Source: Myxococcota bacterium
Lineage (GTDB): Bacteria > Myxococcota_A > UBA9160 > UBA6930
Length of the DNA stretch: 64,000 nt
Assembly (NCBI GenBank): GCA_965223705.1
Contig: OZ245015.1
Coordinates: forward strand, 3,520,001-3,584,000
Direction: 5' to 3'
A model generated the notes under the pieces. That model saw only the letters and a list, made by a program, of their open reading frames with translations. It did not search any database and was not told where the DNA came from. Below are positions 46,139 to 56,046 of the stretch, in pieces. Position numbers and translations under genes: made by a program. Numbering within the stretch: the first letter of the stretch is position 1; each line of letters opens with the position of its first letter.

Positions 46139-46950
46139 ATGCCCCGTCCGATTCATCTCGTCGGTAGTATCAACCTTCCCAGCGCGGTCGAATCGATGGA
46201 AACGGCCGTGTCGATTCTGGGCGAACGACTCGTGCGCTTGCCCGACGGCGAGCCGGGCCCGCGCCGTGGCTGGGTTTTCTACCAACGCCCCCTGTTCGCG
46301 CACAACCGATTCCTCACCACGCCGACCAGCGGGACGCCGGAGATGGAGATCTTGGCGAATCGCGTACTGCGGGAAGGTGTGCAGCCCGAGGACATCGAGT
46401 TCCCCGAGCTCGGTTACGGGCGCGAGGCAGAAACTTCCTTTGCCTGGTTTCGCGCCGAGAAGGAAACCGGTCGGATTCCCGCGCATCTTCGGTTTCAGGT
46501 GTCGTTGCCCATCCCGCTCGCCTGTCTGCTGGACGCGGTCGAACCCGAGGCGATCCCGCAGGTCGCTCCAGCTTACGAAGCGGCGATGCTCACCGAGATC
46601 GAAACGATCTGCGCGCAGCTCCCTCGAGATGAGCTCGCGAGCTCGCGAACCTCGTCGCGAGTGAATGCCCGCGCCCTCTCAACTGGCTGCACCTTCCGGT
46701 CCCGATCGCTCGAGACGACGACGCCTATTTTGCGCCCTTCGACGACTTGGCGTTGGGAGACGAGACGGAGATCTTCCTCGGCCTGGTCCACCTCGAGGAC
46801 GGCGTCGAGGGAACACTCCGACGCATGGAAGCGGCCTCGAAGCACATCGAACGGTTCGGGATCGCGACCGAATGCGGGATCGGGCGCGCGTATTCTGCGG
46901 AAGACATCGAGAAGCTGTTCCAGATCCACCGCAAAGCCGCTGACGCCTGA
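46139..46950 (+). pseudogene. MetE/UROD-like protein with internal deletion and frameshift
   Basis: HLVGS...LPDGE...RFQVSLP in one frame; ELANLV...WLHLPVP...IATECG in another; junction GAGCTCGC-GAGCTCGC at 46631-46646; expected HxC segment absent. Confidence 0.75.
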
Positions 46951-47022
46951 GCGCAGACCGAGGAGCTAGGTTGTGAGCACGCCGTACGCCAAGGGATTAC
47001 AAGCCGATCCCGCACCCGCCAG

Positions 47023-48204
47023 ATGAAAGCGACGATACGAAACTTCCTGCGCATGGAATCTGCTGGCGGCATCATCCTGATGTTCGCCGCGCTCCTCGCG
47101 CTCCTCGCCGCGAACTCTCCGGCCGCGGGATTCTACGCGCTGTTCCTGGATACGCCGGTCGCCGTACAGGTGGGCGCCCTCAAAATCGCGAAACCGCTGC
47201 TCCTGTGGGTCAACGACGGTTTGATGGCAATTTTTTTCTTTCTCGTCGGGCTGGAACTCAAGCGCGAGCTACTCGAAGGTGAGCTGTCGCGGCCGGCGAA
47301 CGTCGCATTGCCGGCGATCGGCGCTGTTGGCGGGATCGTCGTGCCGGTCGGGATCTTCGCCGCGGTGAATCACACCGATGCCGTCGCGATGCACGGCTGG
47401 GCGATACCCGCAGCAACTGACATCGCGTTTGCGCTCGGCATCCTGTCGCTACTCGGCAGCCGAGTCCCCGTCGCCCTGAAGGTGTTTCTCGTCTCGCTCG
47501 CGATCTTCGACGATCTTGCTGCCATCCTCATCATCGCGGTCTTCTATTCGGGCGACCTGTCGACAACAGCACTGGCGGCGGCGGCGATCTGTCTCGTCGC
47601 ACTGGCGGTTCTGAATCGCGCCGGCATAAGCTCCGTCTCGATCTATATCTTCGTCGGTGTCGTGATGTGGGTGGCCGTTCTCAAATCCGGCATCCACGCG
47701 ACGCTCGCGGGCGTCGCTCTGGCGGCGTTCATTCCAATGCGCGACAGGAACGACCCGCAGCGGTCGCCTCTCTCGGAGCTCGAGCACGACCTGCACAGCC
47801 TCGTCGCGTTCGGCGTCCTTCCGCTGTTCGCCTTCGCGAACGCCGGCATCAGCTTGGGCGGCATCGGGCTCACCGAGCTGCTTCACCCGGTGCCGCTCGG
47901 AATCGCGGCCGGGCTCTTCGTCGGCAAGCAGGTCGGGATCTTCGGGCTGTGCTTCGTCGCGATCAAGCTCGGCTGGGCACGGTTGCCGGATGGCTCGGGC
48001 TGGGCCGGGCTCTACGGGGCGTCGGTGCTTTGCGGTGTCGGCTTTACAATGAGCCTGTTCATCGGCTCACTGGCATTCGAGAACCAGATGAGCGACGCGT
48101 CGGTCCTGTTCGACGAACGTCTCGGCATCATTCTCGGCTCGTTGCTGTCTGGCATCCTGGCCTACGCGGTACTGTCGTTGTCCCTACCGCGCGACACGAA
48201 GTGA
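47023..48204 (+). CDS. nhaA: Na+/H+ antiporter NhaA
   Basis: WVNDGLMAIFF, GWAIPAATDIAFALG, LAIFDDL, GVGFTMSLFI. Confidence 0.97.
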   Translation: MKATIRNFLRMESAGGIILMFAALLALLAANSPAAGFYALFLDTPVAVQVGALKIAKPLLLWVNDGLMAIFFFLVGLELKRELLEGELSRPANVALPAIGAVGGIVVPVGIFAAVNHTDAVAMHGWAIPAATDIAFALGILSLLGSRVPVALKVFLVSLAIFDDLAAILIIAVFYSGDLSTTALAAAAICLVALAVLNRAGISSVSIYIFVGVVMWVAVLKSGIHATLAGVALAAFIPMRDRNDPQRSPLSELEHDLHSLVAFGVLPLFAFANAGISLGGIGLTELLHPVPLGIAAGLFVGKQVGIFGLCFVAIKLGWARLPDGSGWAGLYGASVLCGVGFTMSLFIGSLAFENQMSDASVLFDERLGIILGSLLSGILAYAVLSLSLPRDTK

Positions 48205-48235
48205 CCGCTCGGGAAAGGACACTCTGAGGCCGCGA

Positions 48236-49429
48236 ATGCGCTCGTCGCCGTTTCCGCTGCTCACTGCCCTGCGGGTGTCGTCGCGCCGGCTCGGGGAACG
48301 TCTCTCGCGACCCCGTTCGGTTTCGGCGAGCGACGTTCCGGGATCGGTTGCAGCGCTCACCGAAGATTGGTGGACGTCTGCCCTCGGCGCCGACGTTCCC
48401 GGGGCCGCTTTGACGTCCTTTCGCTCCGTCGATTCTTCGTTCGGAACGCACGCGCGCCACCGCTTTGAATTGACCTGGAACGACGCGGGGACGAGGGCGG
48501 AGCTCCCCCGCTTCGTGTTCACGAAGTCCCTGCCGACGCTCGTCAACCGGATGATCGGCGGATACAACGGCACGGCGCGGGCGGAGGGCGGGTTCTATTT
48601 ACAGATCCGACCGCATCTCGATATCGAAGCCCCTCGCGGGTACCACGCGGGCTTCGACCCGGAATCGCTCGCGGCGTTCAACGTGATCGAGGACATCGCG
48701 ACGACTCGTGGAGCCACCTTCTGCGACTACCGAACTGCGGTCGATCGGGAGATGGCCGAGGGGATGGTCGATCTCCTCGCGCGCTTGCACGGCTCGACCT
48801 GGAACCATCCCGACCTCTCCGCGCGCTGGCGCTGGGTGACCAACTTCGCGGATTGGTATTCCGTCGGGGCGCAGAAAATGCACACGCGGAAGTACACGGC
48901 GCGCGCCCTGGACGGCGCAGCCCCGGTGATTCCCGACGACGTGCTGAAAAGTCGAGAGCGCGTCTGGCCGGCCATCGAGGCGAGCTCCGAGATCCATCGG
49001 CGAGACCCTCGCTGCCTGCTCCACTCCGATGTCCACATCGGCAACTGGTATCGGGACGCGGAGGATCGTATGGGGCTCTACGATTGGCAATGTCTGACCC
49101 AGGGCCATTTCGCTCGAGATCTGGCCTACGCACTCTCGGCCGCCCTCGCGCCGCCCGACCGCCGCGAGTGGGAGCGCGGGCTCGTCGAGCGCTACCTCGC
49201 CGGCCTCTCCGAATTCGAGGTCGAGCCGCCCTCGTTTGACGCCGCGTGGAACGCCTACTGCAGCCAGATGATGCACGCCCTTTGGATGTGGACCATCACC
49301 CTTTGTCACTCGCGCTTCCTGCCGGCCATGCAGACCGAAGAGACTTCCCTCGCCATGATCGAGCGCATCAGCATCGCCATGGCAGACCTCGATAGCATCG
49401 ACGTCGCGCTCTCCGGTGCAGGCGCCTAG
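48236..49429 (+). CDS. EcKinase/APH-fold phosphotransferase
   Basis: HSDVHIGN Brenner motif, YDWQ, RDLAY. Confidence 0.85.
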   Translation: MRSSPFPLLTALRVSSRRLGERLSRPRSVSASDVPGSVAALTEDWWTSALGADVPGAALTSFRSVDSSFGTHARHRFELTWNDAGTRAELPRFVFTKSLPTLVNRMIGGYNGTARAEGGFYLQIRPHLDIEAPRGYHAGFDPESLAAFNVIEDIATTRGATFCDYRTAVDREMAEGMVDLLARLHGSTWNHPDLSARWRWVTNFADWYSVGAQKMHTRKYTARALDGAAPVIPDDVLKSRERVWPAIEASSEIHRRDPRCLLHSDVHIGNWYRDAEDRMGLYDWQCLTQGHFARDLAYALSAALAPPDRREWERGLVERYLAGLSEFEVEPPSFDAAWNAYCSQMMHALWMWTITLCHSRFLPAMQTEETSLAMIERISIAMADLDSIDVALSGAGA

Positions 49430-49439
49430 CGACGGAGCG

Positions 49440-50237
49440 TCAGCGGTAGTACTTCATGAAATCGGGCTCCCGCTTCTCCATCAAGGATTTCACGCCTTCC
49501 TGCGACTCCTCGGTGTTGTAGTAGAGGCGTAGCGCCTGCATCGCGAACTGTCCGACCCCACGGATGGCTTCGGTATCCGTGTTGAAGCTCTTCTTGGCGA
49601 GCGCGATCGCGGTGGGGCTCCGCTGGTTGATCTCGTCGCACCAATTCTGCACTTCCGCGTCGAGTTGGTCGTCGGGCACGACGGCGTTGACCAAGCCCAT
49701 AGCGAGGGCCTCCTCCGCCGAGTAGCGCTTGCACACGTACCACATCTCGCGCGCCTTCTTCTCGCCCACAACGCGCGCGAGGTAGGCCGTACCGAAACCC
49801 GGGTCGACGGAACCCATTTTGGGACCCACCTGGCCGAACACCGCGTTGTCCGAGGCGATCGTGAGGTCGCAGATCGTGCAAAACACGTTCCCACCGCCGA
49901 TGGCGTAGCCGCGGACCTTCGCGATCACCGGTTTCGGAATGTCGCGCAGCACCGAATGGAATTCGTCGACTGGCATACCCACGGCGCCACGTGCGTCGTT
50001 GTTGCCGTACTGGCCGCCTTCGTGATCGGACTGATCCCCGCCCGTGCAGAACGCCTTGCCTCCGGCACCGGTGAAGACGATGGATCCGATATTCTGATCC
50101 CATCCAGCCGTCATGAACGCGTCAATCAGCTCGACGACCGTGCGCGGACGGAACGCATTGTACTTTTCCGGCCGGTTGATCGTGATGGTCGCGGTTCTCC
50201 CCTCGACCTCATAGAGAATGTCTTCGAAGTTGCTCAT
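49440..50237 (-). CDS. badI: 2-ketocyclohexanecarboxyl-CoA hydrolase (BadI, MenB-like crotonase)
   Basis: INRPEKYNAFR, FCTGGDQ, YAIGGGNV, GSVDPGFGT, VGEKKAREMWY. Confidence 0.85.
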   Translation of the reverse strand: MSNFEDILYEVEGRTATITINRPEKYNAFRPRTVVELIDAFMTAGWDQNIGSIVFTGAGGKAFCTGGDQSDHEGGQYGNNDARGAVGMPVDEFHSVLRDIPKPVIAKVRGYAIGGGNVFCTICDLTIASDNAVFGQVGPKMGSVDPGFGTAYLARVVGEKKAREMWYVCKRYSAEEALAMGLVNAVVPDDQLDAEVQNWCDEINQRSPTAIALAKKSFNTDTEAIRGVGQFAMQALRLYYNTEESQEGVKSLMEKREPDFMKYYR

Positions 50238-50320
50238 CGTTGTTCGGTTCCTTGCGATGTAAAAATGGATAAGCGAGAGCTGCCGGACCATCCGAGTTCC
50301 ATGGGTGTTTCCGCTTCGCG

Positions 50321-50690
50321 CTAGATGGCGCGGCTGATGCTCTGCCATTCGCGGTAGCCACGTTGATCGCACGGTCTCGTTGGCGTGCTTCAACACGTAG
50401 TGCGCAACGATGTCGGAGTGCAGGCCGAACGTGGGTGCGGCGGAGCCCGTGAAAGAGGTCTCTTCGAGTACGATCGCATTGGCGCGGAAGTCGAGCCCGG
50501 CTCCACCGTACGGCTCGGGCATGTCGGGGCACAGTACGCCCTGGGCACCACAAGCCCGCCAGAACTCTTTGTCCACCTGGCCTGAGGCCTCCCACCGGGC
50601 AATGTTCGGTGTGAGCTCCGCCGCGAAGAAGCGCCGGACAGCATCGCAGAACTGGTGGTGCTCCTCGTCGAAAATCGTCCGTTCGAGCAC
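50321..50690 (-). pseudogene. Acyl-CoA dehydrogenase with about 260 codons deleted
   Basis: 116 N-terminal codons (RTIFDEEH...LHSDIVAHY...WLPRMA) joined out of frame to SISRAI*; compare intact paralog 59897..61045. Confidence 0.8.
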
Positions 50691-51856
50691 TAGTAGCTCC
50701 GCGGCAGATCGAGCACGCGTTCTGCGATGAACGACTTGATCAGCTCCTCGGTCACCGGAGCGATTCGGGTCACCAGGACTTCGCGCAGGAGACGCTCCAC
50801 GTGATACTCCTTCGCGTACCCAAAGCCGCCGTGGGCGAGGACTGCCTGCAGGCAGGCTTGGTGCCCCGCCTTCGCTCCGAGAAACTTCGCGGCGTTCGCC
50901 TCGGCGCCGCAGGGTCGCCCGCTGTCGTAGAGCCACGCCGCCTTCATCGCCATCGTGAAGGCCGCCTCGAGCTCCATCCAGTTTTCCGCGAGCGGATGCT
51001 GTACCCCTTGGTTCTGACCGATGGGGCGATCGAAGACAATCCGATCACTCGCGTAGCGGGAGGCCCGCCGCAGCGCGTCTTGACCGATGCCGATCGCCTC
51101 GATTCCGACGAGTACGCGCTCGGGGTTCAAGCTGTGAAGGAGGTAACCGAAACCTTTTCCTTCTTCGCCGATTCTGTCTTCTTCGGGGATGAAGAGGCCA
51201 TCGATGAAGACGGAGTTTGAATCCACCGCTCTGCGCCCCATCTTCGGGATGCGCTGGATCTCCATCGTCTCGCGATCGACGTCGGCATAGAAGAGACTCA
51301 TGCCGTCGGTCGGGCGGTCGCACTCGTCGAATCGAGTCGTGCGAGCGAGCAGCATGATTTTGCTCGCTACCTGGCCGGTAGAAGTCCAAACCTTTTGCCC
51401 CTTCACCCGATAGCCTCCGTCCACTTTCTCGGCGAAGGTCGAGATTCGGGTGGTGTTCAAGCCGGCGTCGGGTTCCGTCACGCCAAAGCAGCACTTGTCT
51501 TCGCCCGACACGAGTCGCGGTACCCAGCGCGACTGCTGCGCCGGCGTGCCGAACACGACGATCGGGTGCGGCCCGAAGAGGTTGATGTGAACGGTCGAAG
51601 CCGCGGCCATCCCGCCGCCGTGGCTGACCACTTCGTGCATCATGATCGCGGCCTCGGTCACACCGAGCCCGGCGCCGCCGTGCACCTCCGGCATGGTGAT
51701 CCCGAGCCAGCCGGCGTCGGCCATCGCGGTGTGAAACGCGTGGGGGAACTCGCCGTCGTCGTCCCGCTCGAGCCAATAGTCGGCGTCGAATTTTCGGGCG
51801 ACGGATCCCACGGCTTCGCGTATGGCGCGTTGGTCGTCGGTCAGATCGAAGTCCAA
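50690..51856 (-). CDS. Acyl-CoA dehydrogenase
   Basis: FGVTEPDAG, GQKVWTS, LNPERV, HGGFGYAKEYHVER; TTG start. Confidence 0.92.
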   Translation of the reverse strand: MDFDLTDDQRAIREAVGSVARKFDADYWLERDDDGEFPHAFHTAMADAGWLGITMPEVHGGAGLGVTEAAIMMHEVVSHGGGMAAASTVHINLFGPHPIVVFGTPAQQSRWVPRLVSGEDKCCFGVTEPDAGLNTTRISTFAEKVDGGYRVKGQKVWTSTGQVASKIMLLARTTRFDECDRPTDGMSLFYADVDRETMEIQRIPKMGRRAVDSNSVFIDGLFIPEEDRIGEEGKGFGYLLHSLNPERVLVGIEAIGIGQDALRRASRYASDRIVFDRPIGQNQGVQHPLAENWMELEAAFTMAMKAAWLYDSGRPCGAEANAAKFLGAKAGHQACLQAVLAHGGFGYAKEYHVERLLREVLVTRIAPVTEELIKSFIAERVLDLPRSY

Positions 51857-51888
51857 GGGGATCCTCCTCGAGAGTCCAGGGATGCTAT

Positions 51889-51913
51889 CATGCGTACAGT
51901 ATGCATGCGTACT
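51889..51913. promoter_or_regulatory. Candidate MarR operator
   Basis: Near-palindrome AGTATGCATGCGTACT (14/16) at 51898-51913 and direct repeat CATGCGTAC at 51889 and 51904, between divergent genes. Confidence 0.55.
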
Positions 51914-51941
51914 ATTTGACTTCCGGAACGTAGGTAAGCGC

Positions 51942-52490
51942 ATGGCCAAGGTCGACACACTCGCAGCACGAGCCCACGCCGAGAATCGAGTCGCCGAAGA
52001 ACGGGCGTTCGGGCCGGAAGTCGAGTCCGATGACCTCGAGGACGAAGATTGGGCGATCCGTCTCGGGTTCCATATCCACGACACGTCCCGGTTGCGGCGG
52101 GTGGTCTACGACGTCGCACTTCGCCCCGCCGGTGTCACCCGCTCGCAGGGATGGCTACTCGCGTACCTCTCCCGCGAGGACGGCATGGCCCAGTCGGAGC
52201 TCGCGGCCCAGCTCGACGTCGGGAAGGTGGCGCTCGGTGGGCTCGTCGACCGCCTCGAATCCTCAGGGTTGGTCGAACGACGTCCGGACGCCGGTGACCG
52301 CCGCGTGAAGCGCGTCTTCCTGACCGCGGCGGGTCGGCGGGTGGTCAGGAAGCAACGCGCGATTGCGGCGAAAACGAACGCTGAAATCCTCGCCGGAATC
52401 GATCCGGCCGACGTGCGGGCGACGGCCCGAACGCTCTACGCCCTCAAGCAGAACCTCCTCCGGATGACGCGCGCCGCGGACAAAGGCTAG
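51942..52490 (+). CDS. MarR family transcriptional regulator
   Basis: QSELAAQL, LVDRLE..GLVERR...DRRVKRVFLT. Confidence 0.92.
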   Translation: MAKVDTLAARAHAENRVAEERAFGPEVESDDLEDEDWAIRLGFHIHDTSRLRRVVYDVALRPAGVTRSQGWLLAYLSREDGMAQSELAAQLDVGKVALGGLVDRLESSGLVERRPDAGDRRVKRVFLTAAGRRVVRKQRAIAAKTNAEILAGIDPADVRATARTLYALKQNLLRMTRAADKG

Positions 52491-52699
52491 GGCGCTAGCC
52501 GTCTCATGAGAAACGTCGAACTGACGAAGGGTCGGGCGTCGGCATTGCCAATGACGCGCAGAAGTCGGATCGAGAAGAGATTCAGGCGGCGACGCTGCGC
52601 GCACTTCCCGACGCTCCGGCGACAAGCGGTAGGGCCGAAATTCGACGGTCCGACAGACAGTGGCAAACTGTTCTATGGGGTGTAGACGAGGAGAGCAAG

Positions 52700-53941
52700 A
52701 TGGCCCAGTCCGAAGCTCACGCGATGCCGCTCGAGAAAATCGACGTCAGCAATCCGCGTCTCTTCCAGAACGACACGATCGGCCGCTACTTCGAGCGGCT
52801 ACGCGAGCAAGCGCCGGTGCACTACTGCGCGGAAAGCGACTACGGGCCCTATTGGTCGATCACGCGGTACGACGACATCGTCAGCGTGAGCAGCAACCAT
52901 CGGGGCTTCATCTCCCACTACGAGGTCGGTGGGCACGTCCTGGGTTACGACAAAATGTTCCGCCAACACGGGCTCGATGCGCGCATGTTTCAGTCGACGG
53001 ACCCACCCGCGCACACCGCGCAGCGCAAGGCCATCACGCCGATCGTCGCGCGTGCCAGTGTGCGCGAGATGGAGGACGCGATTCGTGCGCGCTGTGCGCA
53101 GATCCTCGATGAACTTCCGAGGAACGAGCCCTTCGACTGGGTCGAGCGGGTCTCGATCGAGCTCACGACCCAAGTGCTCGCCACCCTTTTCGACTTTCCG
53201 TGGGAGGAACGTCGCAAACTCACCCGGTGGTCCGACGTAGCCGTCACCGAGCCTGGCTTTGGCATCGTCGGAAGCTGGGAGGAGCGCCGCACGGAGCTCG
53301 AAGACTGCTTCACGCGCTTCTCGCAGCTTTGGCAGGAACGCATCGCGAGCGAGCCGAGCCACGACCTGCTCTCGCTCATGGCGCATTCGGAGACGACCCG
53401 CGAGCTTACGCCCGAGGAGTTCCTCGGCAACCTCATCAACCTGATCGTCGGCGGGAACGACACCACGCGCAATTCCCTCACCGGGGGCGTCCTGGCGTTC
53501 CATCGTCACCCGGATCAGCTCGACAAGCTCCGCGCCAACCCTGGCCTCCTGGAGTCGGCGGTTCCCGAGATCGTCCGCTGGGTGACCCCCATCTCCCATA
53601 TGGCGCGGACCGCCGCAGAGGATATCGAGGTCCGCGGTCAAAAGATCCGGGCCGGGGACCGGGTGGCCATGTGGTACATCTCGGGGAACCGGGATGAAAG
53701 CGCGATCGATCGCCCCGAAGACTTCGTGATCGACCGCGATCAGCCGGGACGCCACCTTTCCTTCGGTCACGGCATCCACCATTGCGTGGGTAAGCGTTTG
53801 GCCGAGCTCCAGCTGCGGTTGGCGTGGGAGGAGATCCTGAAGCGCTTCCGCGCCATCGAAGTCTTGGGCGAACCCGAGCGGGTGTGCTCGAACATCATCC
53901 ACGGTTTCTCGTCCCTTCCCGTGCGGGCTCACGCACACTAA
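52700..53941 (+). CDS. Cytochrome P450, CYP153-like
   Basis: IDVSNPRLFQND, APVHYC, VSIELTT, IVGGNDTTRN, SFGHGIHHCVG. Confidence 0.92.
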   Translation: MAQSEAHAMPLEKIDVSNPRLFQNDTIGRYFERLREQAPVHYCAESDYGPYWSITRYDDIVSVSSNHRGFISHYEVGGHVLGYDKMFRQHGLDARMFQSTDPPAHTAQRKAITPIVARASVREMEDAIRARCAQILDELPRNEPFDWVERVSIELTTQVLATLFDFPWEERRKLTRWSDVAVTEPGFGIVGSWEERRTELEDCFTRFSQLWQERIASEPSHDLLSLMAHSETTRELTPEEFLGNLINLIVGGNDTTRNSLTGGVLAFHRHPDQLDKLRANPGLLESAVPEIVRWVTPISHMARTAAEDIEVRGQKIRAGDRVAMWYISGNRDESAIDRPEDFVIDRDQPGRHLSFGHGIHHCVGKRLAELQLRLAWEEILKRFRAIEVLGEPERVCSNIIHGFSSLPVRAHAH

Positions 53942-53943
53942 AC

Positions 53944-54357
53944 ATGGACGTAACGCAATCCGACCGTGACCAGATCGAGAACCATCTCGCCGCGTATTGC
54001 TTCGTGGTCGACCGCGCGTCGGCCGAAGACATTGCCGCGCTCTTTTGGGAAGACGCCCGACTCGAGTTCAACGGCCTCCACGAGGGCGGCGAGGCCATCC
54101 GCCAGTGCTACGAGAACTGGATCAAGACCGCGCGGGACCCGGTCGAGGGTCTTCGCCACCTCATCTACGTGCCGAGAATCGCGGTAGACGGCGATCGCGC
54201 GGAGGCCGAGACTTATGTGGATGCGGACTGCCATGTCCGCAAGAGCGGTCGGGTGATCCAGTTGCGCGCGCTCTACCGAGATGTCTTGACCAAGCGAAGC
54301 GGCGAGTGGCGTTTTTTTCACCGTCGCATCGTCAACATGCGGTCCCTCGCCGACTAG
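53944..54357 (+). CDS. NTF2/SnoaL_4-like protein
   Basis: YCFVVD, LRHL, DGDRAEAETY, YRD.L.....WRF..R. Confidence 0.82.
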   Translation: MDVTQSDRDQIENHLAAYCFVVDRASAEDIAALFWEDARLEFNGLHEGGEAIRQCYENWIKTARDPVEGLRHLIYVPRIAVDGDRAEAETYVDADCHVRKSGRVIQLRALYRDVLTKRSGEWRFFHRRIVNMRSLAD

Positions 54358-54388
54358 CTCGGTCGAATGGGTGCAAGGCGGGAGTTCC

Positions 54389-55549
54389 GTGAGAAACCAA
54401 GCAGTCGTCGTCGGGGTCGGTGAGTCGGCCTACTACGTTCGCGGGCGCTCTCCCGACAGTGAATTCCAATTGGGTTGCACGGCCATACAGCGCGCCGCCG
54501 CGGACGCCGGGATCGATATCGCGGAAATCGACGGCGTCGTTTCGTACATGGACTCGCGAAACGATCCGCTCCGACTGGCGGCCGCACTCAACTTTCGAGC
54601 GTTGCGTTGGTCGGCCACGACCTGGGGGGGCGGCGGGAACAATGTCGGCGGCGCGGTGCAGCTCGCGGATGCCGCTGTGACAGCGGGTTACGCCAGCAAC
54701 GTCGTCGTGTTCCGCGCGATCGCCCAGGGCGAATTCGGCCGGTTTGGACAGGCCGAGGGGCTGGGAAAACGCGCCGCCGGCGCTGAGGCTTGGCGCGCGC
54801 CCTACGGGTTCTTGTCCCCCGCCCACGACTGCGCGCTCCACACCCGCCGCTTCATGCATGACTACGGGATCTCCCAAGAAGCGCTCTGTGACGTCGCCAT
54901 GGCCTGCTACGCGAACGCCCAGCGCAATCCCCGAGCACTCCGCTATGGCAAGCCCTTGACCCGTGAGCGCTACCACGGCTCTCCGTGGATCGTCGAGCCG
55001 TTTCATCTCTTCGACTGCTGCCCGGAGAACGACGGCGCCGCCGCCATCGTCATAACGAGCCGGGAGCGAGCGGCGGATCTCCGCCAAAAGCCGGTTCCCA
55101 TCCTCGCGGCAGCGCAAGGACTCGGGCCGAGCTCCGGCCTCGCCGCTTTTCAGGATCGGTGGTTCCCCAGCATGTACTACACGGGCGTCGGTCAAGCACT
55201 GTGGCAAAACGCCGGCGTGCAGGCGAAGGACGTCGACGTGTTGCAGCTCTACGAGAACTTCACAGGTCCCGTCCTGATGGCGCTGTGCGAGATGGGTTTT
55301 TGCGCTCCCGAGGAAGTCGAGTCTTTCGTTTCGAACGGTGCGCTCGAAGGCCCCGACGCTCGCCTCCCCTTCAACACCAGCGGCGGCAATCTCGGAGAGG
55401 CCTATATCCACGGCTTCGAGCTGGTGACGGAGGCCGTCCGCCAAGTGCGAGGCGACTCCACCTGTCAGGTCGACGACGTCGCGTTGTCGCTCGTCGTCGC
55501 AGGACCCGGCTATGCGCCGGGAAGCGCCGTGCTTTTCGCGGCCGACTGA
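54389..55549 (+). CDS. Thiolase-fold lipid-transfer/aldolase protein (Ltp2-like)
   Basis: NAQRNPRA, FDCCPENDGA, LYENFT, NTSGGNLGEAYIHG. Confidence 0.85.
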   Translation: MRNQAVVVGVGESAYYVRGRSPDSEFQLGCTAIQRAAADAGIDIAEIDGVVSYMDSRNDPLRLAAALNFRALRWSATTWGGGGNNVGGAVQLADAAVTAGYASNVVVFRAIAQGEFGRFGQAEGLGKRAAGAEAWRAPYGFLSPAHDCALHTRRFMHDYGISQEALCDVAMACYANAQRNPRALRYGKPLTRERYHGSPWIVEPFHLFDCCPENDGAAAIVITSRERAADLRQKPVPILAAAQGLGPSSGLAAFQDRWFPSMYYTGVGQALWQNAGVQAKDVDVLQLYENFTGPVLMALCEMGFCAPEEVESFVSNGALEGPDARLPFNTSGGNLGEAYIHGFELVTEAVRQVRGDSTCQVDDVALSLVVAGPGYAPGSAVLFAAD

Positions 55550-55575
55550 CCGGCGCGCGCAGGAGACTCATCGCG

Positions 55576-56046
55576 ATGGACCGCTTTCTGGGGAATGACT
55601 GGGCACTGCCGCTCCTCGACAACCGCAACCGCGCATGGTTTACCCGCGGCGATCTCATGATCCAGCGCTGCGAGGCGTGCGGACACTGGCAACACCCGCC
55701 CGAGGACGTGTGCGGACGATGTCAGGGAACATCCCTCGCCTTCCAGAAGTGCGGCGAGACAGGGCATATCGAGAGCTTTGTCGTAGTACATCGGGCTGTA
55801 CACCCCAAGCTCGAACCCGCGGTCCCTTACGCGGTCGCTCTCGTTTCCCTCGACCAGGCACCGGGTGTGCGAGTTCTCGGGAACGTGCGCAATCGCTCGG
55901 CCGATGCGCTAGCGATCGGTGATCCCGTGCGGGCGGTCTACGAGATCGTGCCCGACCCCGACGGCGAGACCTTGCGGATTCCACAGTGGGAAGTCGTGTC
56001 TCCCGCCGGAGAATCCGCGCGAACAGGAGAGCCATCCGATGTTTAA
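55576..56046 (+). CDS. DUF35 Zn-ribbon/OB-fold protein
   Basis: QRCEACG...CGRC, VPYAVALV; follows the thiolase-fold gene. Confidence 0.88.
   Translation: MDRFLGNDWALPLLDNRNRAWFTRGDLMIQRCEACGHWQHPPEDVCGRCQGTSLAFQKCGETGHIESFVVVHRAVHPKLEPAVPYAVALVSLDQAPGVRVLGNVRNRSADALAIGDPVRAVYEIVPDPDGETLRIPQWEVVSPAGESARTGEPSDV

Noticed and set aside
49440..50237. menB
   Set aside because: GSVDPGFG and GGGNV fit BadI better than MenB (GSFDGG, GGGHV); no men genes nearby
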